From positions 420,724-484,723 of the forward strand of contig JALMLS010000344.1 of assembly GCA_038496445.1 (NCBI GenBank): a DNA stretch of 64,000 nucleotides, given 5' to 3'. A model generated the notes under the pieces. It was given only the letters and a program-made list of their open reading frames with translations, made no database searches and was not told the DNA's origin. The position numbers and the translations under genes were made by a program. Below, piece by piece: positions 11,641 to 23,031 of the stretch (the first letter of the stretch is position 1; each line of letters starts with the position of its first letter). The stretch is from Trichosphaerium sp. ATCC 40318. Lineage: Eukaryota > Protista > Tubulinea.

Positions 11641-13739
11641 ATGGCGGAATCACAGTCGAATATGAAGCTAATTGCGAAATGGAATGTAACAGATGTTATA
11701 AGTTGGTTAAAAGAGTTAAATCTAGGGCAATCATCCTTCTGCAAGCGCGTCTTCATCGAATTAAACATAGGCAAGACCAAGTTTTGTTTTTATTGTTTAC
11801 AAGTTACCAAGATGGTGCTACCTTGCTTTCTCTACGCGAAAAGACAATAAAACAAGACTTGCAAGTTAAAGACGCAGACAGGAAGAAAGTAAAACAGTTG
11901 TACACTCGTATTACCTCGTTAAACTCTAGTAGATAATTAAGGCGCTTTCAGCTTTAAAAGGAATACACAAAGTCCAAGCTGGGGAAGCGGTACCAACAAT
12001 AATTGCGCTGAAAAGTATCTCACACGCTCAAGGATCAAGGACAGGAAAGTGAGACACTAGCGTCTCTGGTTTTTTTAATTATTGGTGGCAATACACAGTC
12101 AGATGAGTTTAAACGCTTATTGGACAAACTACCACACTTGAATATGCGTTACAAGGTATAGTGTTATGAGTGACATTTTCTTTATTGTTTTTTTATGTGA
12201 CGTATTTACTTAAAAAGGGCGAAACCTTGCTGCACCTCGCTGCAAAGAGTGGTAACTTTGAAGTATTGAAGCTCTTGCTTGAGCGTGGGGCATCAAAAAT
12301 AATAAAAACCGACAGGGTACACCAATACATTAATTCAAAAAAACCTTTGCATGAATTTAACTCTTATTTCTAAAGGGAACATCAGTGTTTGCTTACGCCA
12401 TACGTGGTGGTAACAAGAAAATTTTAGAGCATTTAATATACGTTGGTGCTGATTTGCGCAAAGAAAAGTACGTTGTGGTTGTGTAGGCTCTACATTAACG
12501 TTTTTATTCGTGCAGACAACTGCGGCTTGCAAACAATTTTTTAGCTATGTTCTACAAGTTGCACCCGAGACAAGTCATCATGCGTTGTAAAGTCAACAAA
12601 CTTAGCAAACTAGAGCTTAATAACTTGCAGCTTACATCGTTGCCAAAGTCCGTTTGCGAGCTCACTTTTTTAGAAGGTATAAATTAGTGGTGATGATGTG
12701 TCCTAATTCGCTTTTAGTGTTGAACTTGAATAATAACTATCTTACAAAGCTCCCAAAGAACTTGAATTCTTTGAGAGCATTGATGCAACTTGATATAAAA
12801 TATAATCAGTTTGCTACAATTCCAAGGGTTTTAGCGAAGTGCACTAGCTTGCTAAGAATAAATGCTAGAGGTAATCCTCTTATAAAGTCTCACAAGCGCA
12901 TCCTCAAAGCCAATGATGTTGGTACAATACGAAGTTTTTTAAAGTTGCTGGAACGCAACGAAGTAGATGATACAACATCTCAACCAACATCACCACGGCG
13001 TGGTCGTTTTGGAAGCAGACTGCCATTTGCGTACGCCTATAATTGCTCAGTTTTACACTTGCATTGCTTACATTTTATTTTTTAGGCCTCGGACGAAACG
13101 GGGTCCTATAGTGCGTTACTACAAATTCCTATAATGTTTGAGTATAACGTATTATGATAGAGAAAAGCTTTTAGTTCCTCAAATGCTGAGCGTGCTTTTG
13201 TCAACAAGAATGACGATTTTTATGAAAAACGAGCAAATACCTCGTATGGTTTATCAATGAAACCTGCTGTCGAGGTAATCCCAAAAGAAGCAAATAAACC
13301 TGTGCACAGATACAATACTGTGCAAGTATCAATAACAGCTGCGGGTGATGATGTACGTTAAAGTGGAACTTGATTTCATTGTTCTTACTTTTATCAAGAG
13401 TTCTGAGGAAGAAAAAGCAAAGCCTCGCAAAGCGTCAACACCACGTGTTTTATCCACAAAGTTAAATTCATCGCGATCGTTGGACGGCAAACCAAAACCT
13501 GCTTCACGAGGTGCATGTACCAAAATTTACGTTTGATGCCTCAGCTTGTTGTTAACGCATTTTTAGAAAGAAGTGACAGCGGCTGCAAAGCAAGATCTAC
13601 CCCTAACACGTAAAAAAACTGCTGGCGAACCGTGCGGCTTTTTAGTGTAAGTGGAATTTACGCTCTATCAATTAACGCAATATCTAGTTACACAGGCGAC
13701 AGGCCTGATGACAAAGATACAGCGCACGAAGAAAGCTAG
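11641..13739 (+). CDS. SAM + ankyrin + LRR protein (3' end uncertain, 13613 or 13739)
   Basis: SAM (WNVTDVISWLKELNL...NIDGATLLSL, completed through a GC-AG intron at 11771-11811), ankyrin (GETLLHLAAKSGNFEVLKLLLERGA) and LRRs (LNLNNNYLTKLP, LDIKYNQFATIP, INARGNPL). Confidence 0.7.
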
Positions 13740-13839
13740 CTTTCGTCATGACACGGTTTGGCGTTAAAATAAGTTTTTAGAGATTAAAAAGTATTTTTAC
13801 AAGCTTGATTTATTGATTGCCACTTGATTGGGCTAATTT

Positions 13840-14137
13840 TTAGCTTTTGGAGTTGTTACTTCCTTTCGATGACTTTCGGTTGGCGTCTTGGCGTTCTTCT
13901 TCGTCAGAGTCGTAATTAGGGTCTATATTTGATAAGTTGGCCTCGTTTTGTTGGTTTAGTACCGTTTTTATCTAAATACGCTGGACCATCTTGGTCTGTG
14001 GCTTTACCCCAGTCCTTACCACCTTGCATGCCGTTAACGCTAAACCGAAAAAGTTACGCTATTTACGAACCTCGTTTAGACGACTCTTTTCCTGCACCGG
14101 ATCTTTTATCAAAGCCCTCGTGCTTCTTAGATGACAT
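13840..14137 (-). CDS. 69-aa microprotein resembling the PDCD4/SERBP1 ribosome-binding region (3 exons)
   Basis: Exons 14137-14071, 14022-13963 and 13922-13840 with GT-AG introns give MSSKKHEGFDKRSGAGKESSKRGGKDWGKATDQDGPAYLDKNDPNYDSDEEERQDANRKSSKGSNNSKS*. An A-rich context precedes the ATG. Confidence 0.8.
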
Positions 14138-14469
14138 ATTTTTTTTTGAATTTTGAAAATTGTTGAACGCGAGATCGCTGGCGTTTGCTGAAACTTACAT
14201 TCGGCGTTTAGCGCCAACCGCAACCAAATGCGTCGGGAGTTACGGCTCGAATATTCACGGAGTCAGTGCACACAAAGCACCCGGATGAGTATTCCGATAG
14301 TACCGTTGCGGACAAGACCGTAGCGACTGTTTTTCCGAAGCTAAGAGGGATGGTGGTTGTCGTAGTTAGCTAGGATGGAACGTTTTGGTTCTTTAGTTTA
14401 GGTTTGTTCACAATACTAAATAGTGTGAAAGGCAGTTCCCCGTTGAAATACAAACACTACTTCTCTTAC

Positions 14470-16725
14470 ATGGCTCGCATCACGTGGATAGCTGTTCTTG
14501 TCTTTCTTTCCATTGTCAATAGTTGTTTTGCAACGAAGAATGTACTTTTCATTGCTGTAGACGACTTGCGGCCGGAGTTGAATAGCTATGGAGCTACCTA
14601 CATGCATACACCAAACTTTGATCGTTTGGCTAATATGAGCTTACAATTTAACCGTGCTTACACTCAACAAGGTTCACAAATTTGTTTGGATTATGCTAAC
14701 TTTTATAAGCTGTATGTGGACCTTCAAGAGCCTCGTTGTTAACCGGAAGAAGACCCGATACTACCCGCGTATATGTAGGGTACGTGTTTTCGCTTAACTG
14801 GAATCCTTGGCTAACTTTAGTAGACAAACATATTGGCGAACAGACACTGCAAACTTTACAACATTGCCTCAGTTTTTTAAAGAAAATGGGTATGTCATAG
14901 TGACACTTATTTTTTTGTCCATGTAACGAATACGTATTAGGTATGAGACTGTTGGAGCCGGAAAAATTTTCCACCCAGTACGCTTGTAGAAATGTGAAGC
15001 TTTGACAATAATGAATCGGATAGGGACATGACAACGATCCTATTAGTTGGAATAATAGATATTACGAGTCTTCTTCACGCTTTTACAAAGACAGACAGCC
15101 ATCTACTTCGTGGGAAGCGTTTCCAGAATCTGTAACGGATGTAGTACGTATTGTTACTCACACATCTTTGAACTTAATTATGTGCAGAATATACTTGATG
15201 ACACGGCAAACACAGAGCATATATTGCGGAAAATAAAGCAATTCAAACGTTCTGGAAGTAAGAGCTCTCGTTGTGCATGTGCATCAATTGATAACTTTTC
15301 ATAGAGCAATTCTTCGCTGCCCTTGGTTTTCTAAAGCCTCATTTGTACGCTCATTCAATGCCGTATAGCCTTTTTAAGTTAATTTTTGTAAGGCCTTTCA
15401 TTTTTCCTGAAAAATTCTTGGATTATTATCCGGATGGTACCGTTTCCGAAGCAATGAATCCAACTGCCCCATACAACATGCCTGCAGATGCTTGGAATAG
15501 ATGCGTACGTCTTCGCAGTAACAACGCACATAACTTACCTGATATAGAACGAGCTTCGAAGTTTTGATGATATTGATTTTAGCGCTCAGATAAATGTGTC
15601 ACTTCCTATTGACAAACAAATTGAATTGAGGTGCGTACCTTTATTTAATTATTACCATTTACCTTATAATTAATCGTAGGCGAGCATACTATGCTGCAGT
15701 CTCATACATTGATTCTCTATTGGGCGAAGTACTTGACTTGTATGAAGAGAGGTTGCAAGATGACACTATCTTGGTGCTCTGGGGTGATCGTACGTACTGC
15801 TAGCGTATTGTTCGTAGTTCTTACACCTTTTTAGATGGTTGGCAGGCACGATCTTGTTAATAACTTTGTTTTTTAAAGCTAACGGCAATGTAGTTGGGTG
15901 AACACGGTTTGTGGTGCAAGCAGGTACATAGCATTTTATATTAGTTTTGCTTACGTTTCTTTAGACAAACTTTGAGCTTGCAACCAGAGTACCTCTTTTT
16001 ATTCACGATCCAGATATGCCCGAAGAGTCAAAGGGTGCTCAAACAGAAGCTTTGGTACTATACTATTCAGAGACTGTTCTAATAGTCGTAGACTGAGCTG
16101 GTAGATATCTTTCCATCAATTCTTGAGTTGGCTGGTTTCTCAGTAGACGAATGCGCAGATGATTCAACAGTAAGTTCCTTATCTAAATATTGAATTAAGT
16201 TAAAATAGGATCAACTTGTTTGTACTGAAGGTACAAGTTTTGTGCCGCTAATGCAAGATGCATCAATAGTCAATTGGAAAACAGCCGCATTTTCTCAATT
16301 TAGACGCACCGATGTTATGGGTACACTTTTCCACGAAGTACTTAATTTAACTGTTTATCAAAGGGTATTCAATGGTGGACTATAGCTACAGAGCACGTGA
16401 TTTCGTGTAACTACAAAGCACTAACAGTACTTTAGTACACAGAATGGATTGGATACAACTTCACTTCGTTTGAACCAGACTGGTTAGATATAAGAGGAGT
16501 GGGTAAGTAGATACTTTGAAGGCATAACGTTGATCATCTTTAGAACTGTACGACCACATAAATGATCCTGACGAAAACATAAACTTGGCGTAAGTTGCAG
16601 CTACTGCCATTTCAACCAACATTACTAATTACTGAAACAGATATGAGACTGATCAGCAGATAGTAGATACGCGAGGTGACTACTCTGCCAGATTACGCGC
16701 AGGATGGAAAAGCAGCGTTCCATAA
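14470..16725 (+). CDS. Secreted/lysosomal sulfatase, iduronate-2-sulfatase-like
   Basis: Signal peptide, [12 protein letters not shown], formylglycine motif [52 protein letters not shown] and C-terminal LRAGWK. Confidence 0.92.
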
Positions 16726-17086
16726 TGGACTAAGTTGCACAGCCTATACGACATAATTAGGATGCCAATGTTCTTGTTAATAAACCAAAAATAAACCTGT
16801 TTATAAAGTACTTTACACTACATACATTTTAAGAGGACAAATGCTATAATACTGCAGCTGTGTTTTGTGCATTTGGTAAAGCAAAGTAGGAATTCATAAT
16901 TTTGGATTAAGCCAATCTGCCGACTTAGCTTTATCACGTGCACACAACGGCAACTAGAAGAGCATACTTGTATATTTTGGCCTCTACATAATGGAAAAAG
17001 ACGATTTTCCGCGCACGTCTTTAAACCAGTTTAAGAATTGCTAAATATTCGCCAGCAACACTGGATAGTTACAGATATGCTCCTGA

Positions 17087-17475
17087 TGAGCCAGAACTTC
17101 CAAGTGGTTGGTCTCACTTCGCATTATTTGCTAACATGAATACTAACCGTTGTAGATATCACCAACGCCCCACCAGTGGCTCTTCAACCAGCAAAGCGAA
17201 CCGTTAATAACGTTTCTGTTTTGGACCTAGAAAAGCCACCTCCAACACCCGAAACTGAAGCAATGGCTCAAACAATCTTGAACATGTCCAAAATGATAGA
17301 GAAAATGAATATCAAAATACAATCTCTAGAGAAAGATGTCTCTGTGCTTAAGGCCAAACTCAACCGAACGCCTGTCCCACGAAGCCCCGAGATGAACACC
17401 TTACATAGTCTTGATGGCCCTCCACCAGCATCTTCACTTTCTCCAAGTGTCTCAAGACATCGTACGAACAGTTAG
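17087..17475 (+). CDS. Small coiled-coil hypothetical protein (start uncertain)
   Basis: An upstream exon (MSQNFQVV) joins ORF 17176-17475 in frame; heptad segment MSKMIEKMNIKIQSLEKDVSVLKAKL. Confidence 0.4.
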
Positions 17476-17725
17476 CGAAATTAAAAAAAAAACAGAAAAA
17501 AAATGTCATTTTGCAATTTTTTGACACTGTGCAGCAAATGCGATGACAGCACAAGTACCAACCCAATACATACAATATGGGCATCCGCCACAGTACCGTC
17601 ACTAGAAGAAATAGACAAATTGAACTAAAAAATGTACAGTTAAATAAAATCAACTTAAACGTAGTTAAGTGTTTATGTTGCCATAGCTCAGAAAAGGCAA
17701 CAATTTTATAACAAACCACTCCAAG

Positions 17726-19658
17726 ATGAGCAACGATTCGGTTTGTACATGTACTACAATTTACTTGGCTAATTAGTTCTACTAGGGTGATGGAGGGTTT
17801 ATGCCGTTCTCTCCCGCCATACAAGAGAGAATGGAGCGTCAGCAAAGATTAATTGATGGCCTGGGTACGCTAACGCGTTAAATATTGTTTTTAACGCTAA
17901 CACCCACTTCACAGAGAAGAAGAAGTTCGCCAATTCGATATCCGTGCCAACAGATGATAATTTAGTAAAAGCCAGGCTTATTGAGCTCGAAGAGCCTATC
18001 ATCATGTTTGGCGAATCTCCTAAAGACAGAAGAGCGCGATTGCGTAGCATTCTAGCTGACAGAGGTTTAAAAAAATTTTGCGAGGCGTCATACTTATTTA
18101 TTGCATAGGAATCACGCAAGGCATGCCAACAATTGCTCTACCATCAACGACAAATACAAAAGAAGATGAAAAGGTGGCGTAAATACAATTACATTTGATA
18201 TCAACCTGACATGTTGTAGGACGAAGCGTTTTTGCGAGAAGGTGTTCCAGAACTAAAAGGTAACGGTTTTATTTTTTTTTTGGTAAATAGAAATGACATT
18301 TGCACTAATTTAAACTCGCTTCTCACAACTGCTTTAGAAGCACGCCGGGTTTTACTTGAATACTCTCTAAAACGAGCAGAAGGACGTATCAAGACAGAAC
18401 GCGCAAAAAGGAAATATATCGAAGAGAATGACCTGTACTTTGCCGATGATGAACCTCTAAACCGAATGTGCAAAAAGATGAAACAAATTGACAGTATTTC
18501 TTCACAAATAGGAGATGAGAAGCGACCGCTATCTTGTGTTACTTTGGCGCCTAAAGGAAAGTTGATTGCAACTAGTTCATGGTCAGGTCAATGTCGTATT
18601 TGGGATCCAGAAAGTTGCGAATGCATACAAAAACTAAAGACCAACGAAGAACGCGTACAAACAATTACATTTCACCCTCAATCTGGGATTGGTCAGTCAC
18701 CAAGTACTTGTAATTTAGCTTCTGCTGGAGCGGACTGTGCAGTATATATGTGGTCGCTCAAGTCACCAGAACCAGTAGCGAAGCTTACTGGCCATCAAGC
18801 GCGCATTAACAGACTTGTCTTTCATCCAAATGGAAAGTATATTGTGTCAACTTCATTCGATCACACGTGGACAATGTGGGATGTTGAGACAGGTTAGTAG
18901 TAATTCATGTGTATCAAAGAAATGTTAACCCTTGTTTGTAGGTAAGGAATTGCTAATTCAGGCAGGACATTCTCGAGCAGTATACGGTGCTGCATTCCAC
19001 ACAGATGGCGCAATTATTGTCACAAGTGGTTTGGACGGTTTAGCACGTGTTTGGGATATTAGAAGCGGTAAAACATTGACTGTATTGCGTGGTCATACCA
19101 CACAAATTTTGGATTGTGATTGTTCGCCAAATGGTTGGCAAATAGCAACAGGCACGTTTTAAAAAAGAAAGCTTCTCATTATATTCCTGGCTAATGTAAT
19201 TTAGCTGGTGGTGATCACACATTGCGTCTTTGGGACTTGCGCCAACGCCAGTGCATGTACGTATTGGGTGCTCATTCTAAAGTTATAACTTCTGCGCGAT
19301 TTCAACCTGAGTACGGTAACTACTTGTTGACTACTTCGTTTGATAAAACACTCAAACTGTGGGACATGCGCGATTACTCACTTATCAAAACACTTGCTGG
19401 TCACGAGGAAAAAGTAACAGCTTGTGATATTCTACCAGGTAACAAAGAAGTGGCCTTTGTCCTAGCTTAACAGTTTTTTTTTTAGGTGATGGTGCATTTG
19501 ATGCTCCTAAAATGATCGTATCTGCATCTTTTGACAAAACATGGAAAGTATGGGTACCTTCTGAATGGGGAGATGATGAAGACATGAACGAAGCGGAAGA
19601 ACAAGACGCTGCGGAAGCCAACGGCAAGACAGAGACAGATACAATGGACACAACCTGA
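17726..19658 (+). CDS. PRPF4: U4/U6 snRNP protein Prp4 (SFM domain + WD40)
   Basis: SFM domain VPTDDNLVKARLIELEEPIIMFGESPKDRRARLR, then SSQIGDEKRPLSC, WD40 repeats and QAGHSRAVY; stop TGA 19656-19658. Confidence 0.92.
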
Positions 19659-19758
19659 GGGAAAAGAAAATTGAAAAAAAATAATAAAAATTGTGCTTTG
19701 ATTTAAATTCTAGAAAGCGTTTATTAAGATACCGTTGGCGCAATGTAGCGTAATATGC

Positions 19759-20612
19759 TTACAAGGTCATGTTGAGGAACTTTCTCTTTGCGAAGCACAT
19801 CCACCATTTATCTGGTTTGGCGGTGTCTTTGGCGTAGAGGAATTGATTGACCAAGCGGAAACCAACTTCTTGGCGTAATTGGGTGAAGTAGATTCTGAGT
19901 TGATCTAAAAAAAAAAAAAACTGTTAATTTTTGAACGTTTAATTTGTTTCAGTGGATATCTTCCTTACCTTGCTCGCTTCTGTTTTTTGGAGCGGTACAG
20001 AAACCACCGAGGGCGAATGATGGATCTCCAGGGAGTTTAAAGTTTTCGAGAGCCATGGAATAGAGCAATTTTGTGGCATCTGTCTTGTTTTTACCGACAA
20101 CCTTGCGAAGACACTGGGAGGTGTAAAGGATCAAAAAGATCAACAACCTATCGGCGTTGCCTTTGACTTCGAAATTGCGGAAGAGAACGTTGGCCTTGAA
20201 CAATTTGAAAGTCTCATCAATTATGTCGAAGTCTAAACTGCTGTTTAATGCTACAGTCAACCCAAAAAAAAAAAAAAAATTACAAACGAAAAACGCTTTT
20301 GGACACTAAAAAAAACGTGTTGGGGTGTAATTTGAACAAAAGGAAAGAGATCTGTGGCACACTCTACTGTGAACCATTTCTCGAGGTATATGAGAGTAGG
20401 TAAACGCCACGGAGTGTAGTGCGTTCGTAGGCAATATCAAAGCTTAAAAATACCTTTCGTCCATGGAGGAGCATTTCCTTTGTAACCGCATGAATTCTTA
20501 ATGCCAAGTACAGGGATACTGCAGATCACGCGAGATTCCGTGTTGTTAAACGACGAGTGGTACACCTGGCAAAAATAAGACTTAGGGTGGCTAACGTGTT
20601 ACTTACAGGCAT
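19759..20612 (-). CDS. ARPC3: Arp2/3 complex subunit 3 (p21-Arc)
   Basis: MP/VYHSSFN...DIIDETFKLFKANVLFRNFEVKGNADRLLIFL...PGDPSFALGG...KWWMCFAKRKFLNMTL*; 4 exons, the first coding exon only 6 nt. Confidence 0.95.
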
Positions 20613-20748
20613 TGTGAGTGTTGTTGAATGCTGTGGGGAGGTAACTGCTGGTTTTCTTAAGGCACGGTAGTTTTTTTTCTTTAAGCAAAGGTGAGCAAAA
20701 AATTTTGGACAGATTATTTGAAGGTCGACAGCCCAATAACCTACCAAA

Positions 20749-22633
20749 ATGGCCGATTTCTACGCCAAGTGCGTACCTTGAGTATTGTTGTTGGACGTCT
20801 AACGCGCGTAGAGTTATACAAGCACAAGGCATTACATACAAGAAAAAACCACCAAACTGTGTCGTAAAGATGCGCATTATAGGCGATTACGGCGGAGAGA
20901 AGTGTACACCCGTTGCTAAAAAGGTAAAGTGAACGCGTCACTCCGTTCTTGATGTTAATTATTGCGTTAGACAGCCACACCAGTGTGGAACGCAACAGCC
21001 AAATGGAAATTGCGTAAAAAGACCGCAACTGTTCGATTTAATCTTATTGTATGTATAACCAAATTCGTTATACAATTGTGCTTACGAATATTTTTTAGGT
21101 TAGTGGCAAGTCGCTGGGTATGGTGGAATCTTCGATCAGCCAACTGATACCAGGAAGGCCACAACAATACTGGTTGACCTTCCCAAAGGGTGTACGTACA
21201 ATCTTTTCTCGAAAAATTAAGAAGGCTGCTCTGATATTTGCCCAAAGGGCGCAAAACTTTTGGTAGAATTGACTTGGGTGACGGATGTTGAACTATCCAC
21301 ACGGTACGCAGCACGTACAATTCTCCACGTCTAATTCTGGCAGCCTCGACAAAAACCTACACAAGCGGCATCAGAACAGACACAATCACTCACTCACAGG
21401 CATGATCATGTCGGTACGTAAAAGTGAATTAACAATGTTCAAAAATACTGGATTTGTTATTTTCCTTTTTCGAATTAATAAATCATTGATTTGACTACTA
21501 TTTAGGGAGGTGCAAATGTAGTCCACGCTACAAACACAGTAGTATCTGGTACCGGCAAACTCGAAAACCCGAGACAAGTTGGTGCCGGTAATTCACCTGT
21601 GGTGGCTGCTCATGGTCAACCTGGCTCAACAGTAGTCATAACACAACAACAATATCCTGGGCAACCTGTGGCTCAAGGCGCACCTATGCCTGGCTACGCC
21701 ATGAATGCTCCACCTGGTTATCCTGGACAGCAAGGTGGTTACCCACAAGGCCAACAATCGTATCCTCCTCAGGGGCAACCTTTACCTCAAGGCCAGCCTC
21801 AACAGATGACGGGATACCCACCTAATCAAAACACTATGGCTCAAGGACCACCTGCGCCTCCTTATGCAACCACTATGTCTCAACACCAAGGCCATCCAGG
21901 CCAACCAGGTGCTTTCCCTCCGCAGCAAGGCCACCCAGGTCAACCAGGCGCATACCCTGCACAACATTCCTCTCCGCAAATGGGTCACCAACAACCAGGC
22001 CAAGGTTACCCAGGTCAACCAGGTCAGATGCAACCAGGTGGGCAACCTGGTCAAGGCCATCCAGGACAACCGGGGGGTTACCCACAAGGCCAACCTGGAA
22101 GTCACGCTCCACACCAAGGTTCACCACAAATGGGTCATCAACAACCGGGTCAAGGATTTCCAGGTCAACAAGGTTCACCACAAATGGGTCACCAACAACC
22201 AGGCCAAGGGTACCCAGGTCAACCAGGCGCTTATCCTGCGCCACCAGGCCAGACACAAAAGCCAGGAGGCCATCCTGACCAGCCAGGACAACAACCAGGT
22301 CAACCAGGTGCATACCCGCCAATGCAACCGGGTCAACCAATGCAAGCATATCCTCCACACCAAGGTTCACCACAAATGGGTCACCAACAACCGGGCCAAG
22401 GACTTCCTCCTTCAGGGCAACCAGGACAACAACCGGGTCAACCAGGTGCATACCCACCAATGCAAGGCCAGCCTCCTCAAGCGCAACCGGGTCAACCAAT
22501 GCAAGGATACCCTCCACAACCTGGTCAGCATCCTCCTGCTCAGCCGGGCCAATATCCTCCTCCTGGACAACCTACCCAACATTTGTATCCTCAACTGGGA
22601 CAAGAGCCTGTTCCAAGTGCGCCTCCAGGATAA
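20749..22633 (+). CDS. C2-domain protein with a long Pro/Gly/Gln-rich repetitive C-terminus
   Basis: Spliced N-terminus KVIQAQGI...PNCVVKM...[12 protein letters not shown]...[21 protein letters not shown] is C2-like and is in frame with ORF 21599-22633. Confidence 0.75.
21880..22510 (+). repeat. Coding imperfect repeats ([14 protein letters not shown]-like x4; GQPGAYP)
   Basis: The DNA unit (caaggttcacca)caaatgggtcaycaacaacc recurs at ~21977, ~22115, ~22169 and ~22361. Confidence 0.85.
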
Positions 22634-23031
22634 AGCGATTGTAAAACTCAAAGTAAACTATTGCCTGTGCTACTCTATCATAGCCACATTTATAGAACTC
22701 TCCTTCATATTGTACACAGGAAAGAATAGTGACAGTTATGAAAACAATACTGCTAGTATATTGTCGCTTGTGGCTGTCCCGTACATTTAAATTGAGGCTG
22801 TCGCAGTCTGTACCATAAACGCACAAAGTCAACACTGTTACCAGTCAATCTTGTTTAGTCACATAAGTTGTACAACCGTTTTTGGTACAATAGCGCTGTG
22901 TATTACTTGTACGCATACTTTTAATGGCAGCTTCACGTATGTCTGGGGATAGAAGCAGATTTTCAAACTCGTCCGAAGAACGTAGCGTTTTTTCAAGGTA
23001 CAGCCTACAAACATAACTAGAGCGCTTGGAG

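Noticed and set aside
14191-14340. Calling the structured intergenic element U1 snRNA or a hammerhead ribozyme
   Set aside because: It has no GATCACGAA loop or Sm site, and CGGATGAG..CGATA deviates from the CUGAUGA..GAAA core. It is kept only as an unnamed candidate.
21782-22790. Long alternative-frame and antisense ORFs (308 aa, 214 aa and others) over the P/G/Q region
   Set aside because: These are shadows of the CCA/GGT/CAA codon repeats, which lack stops in other frames; there is no independent coding signal.
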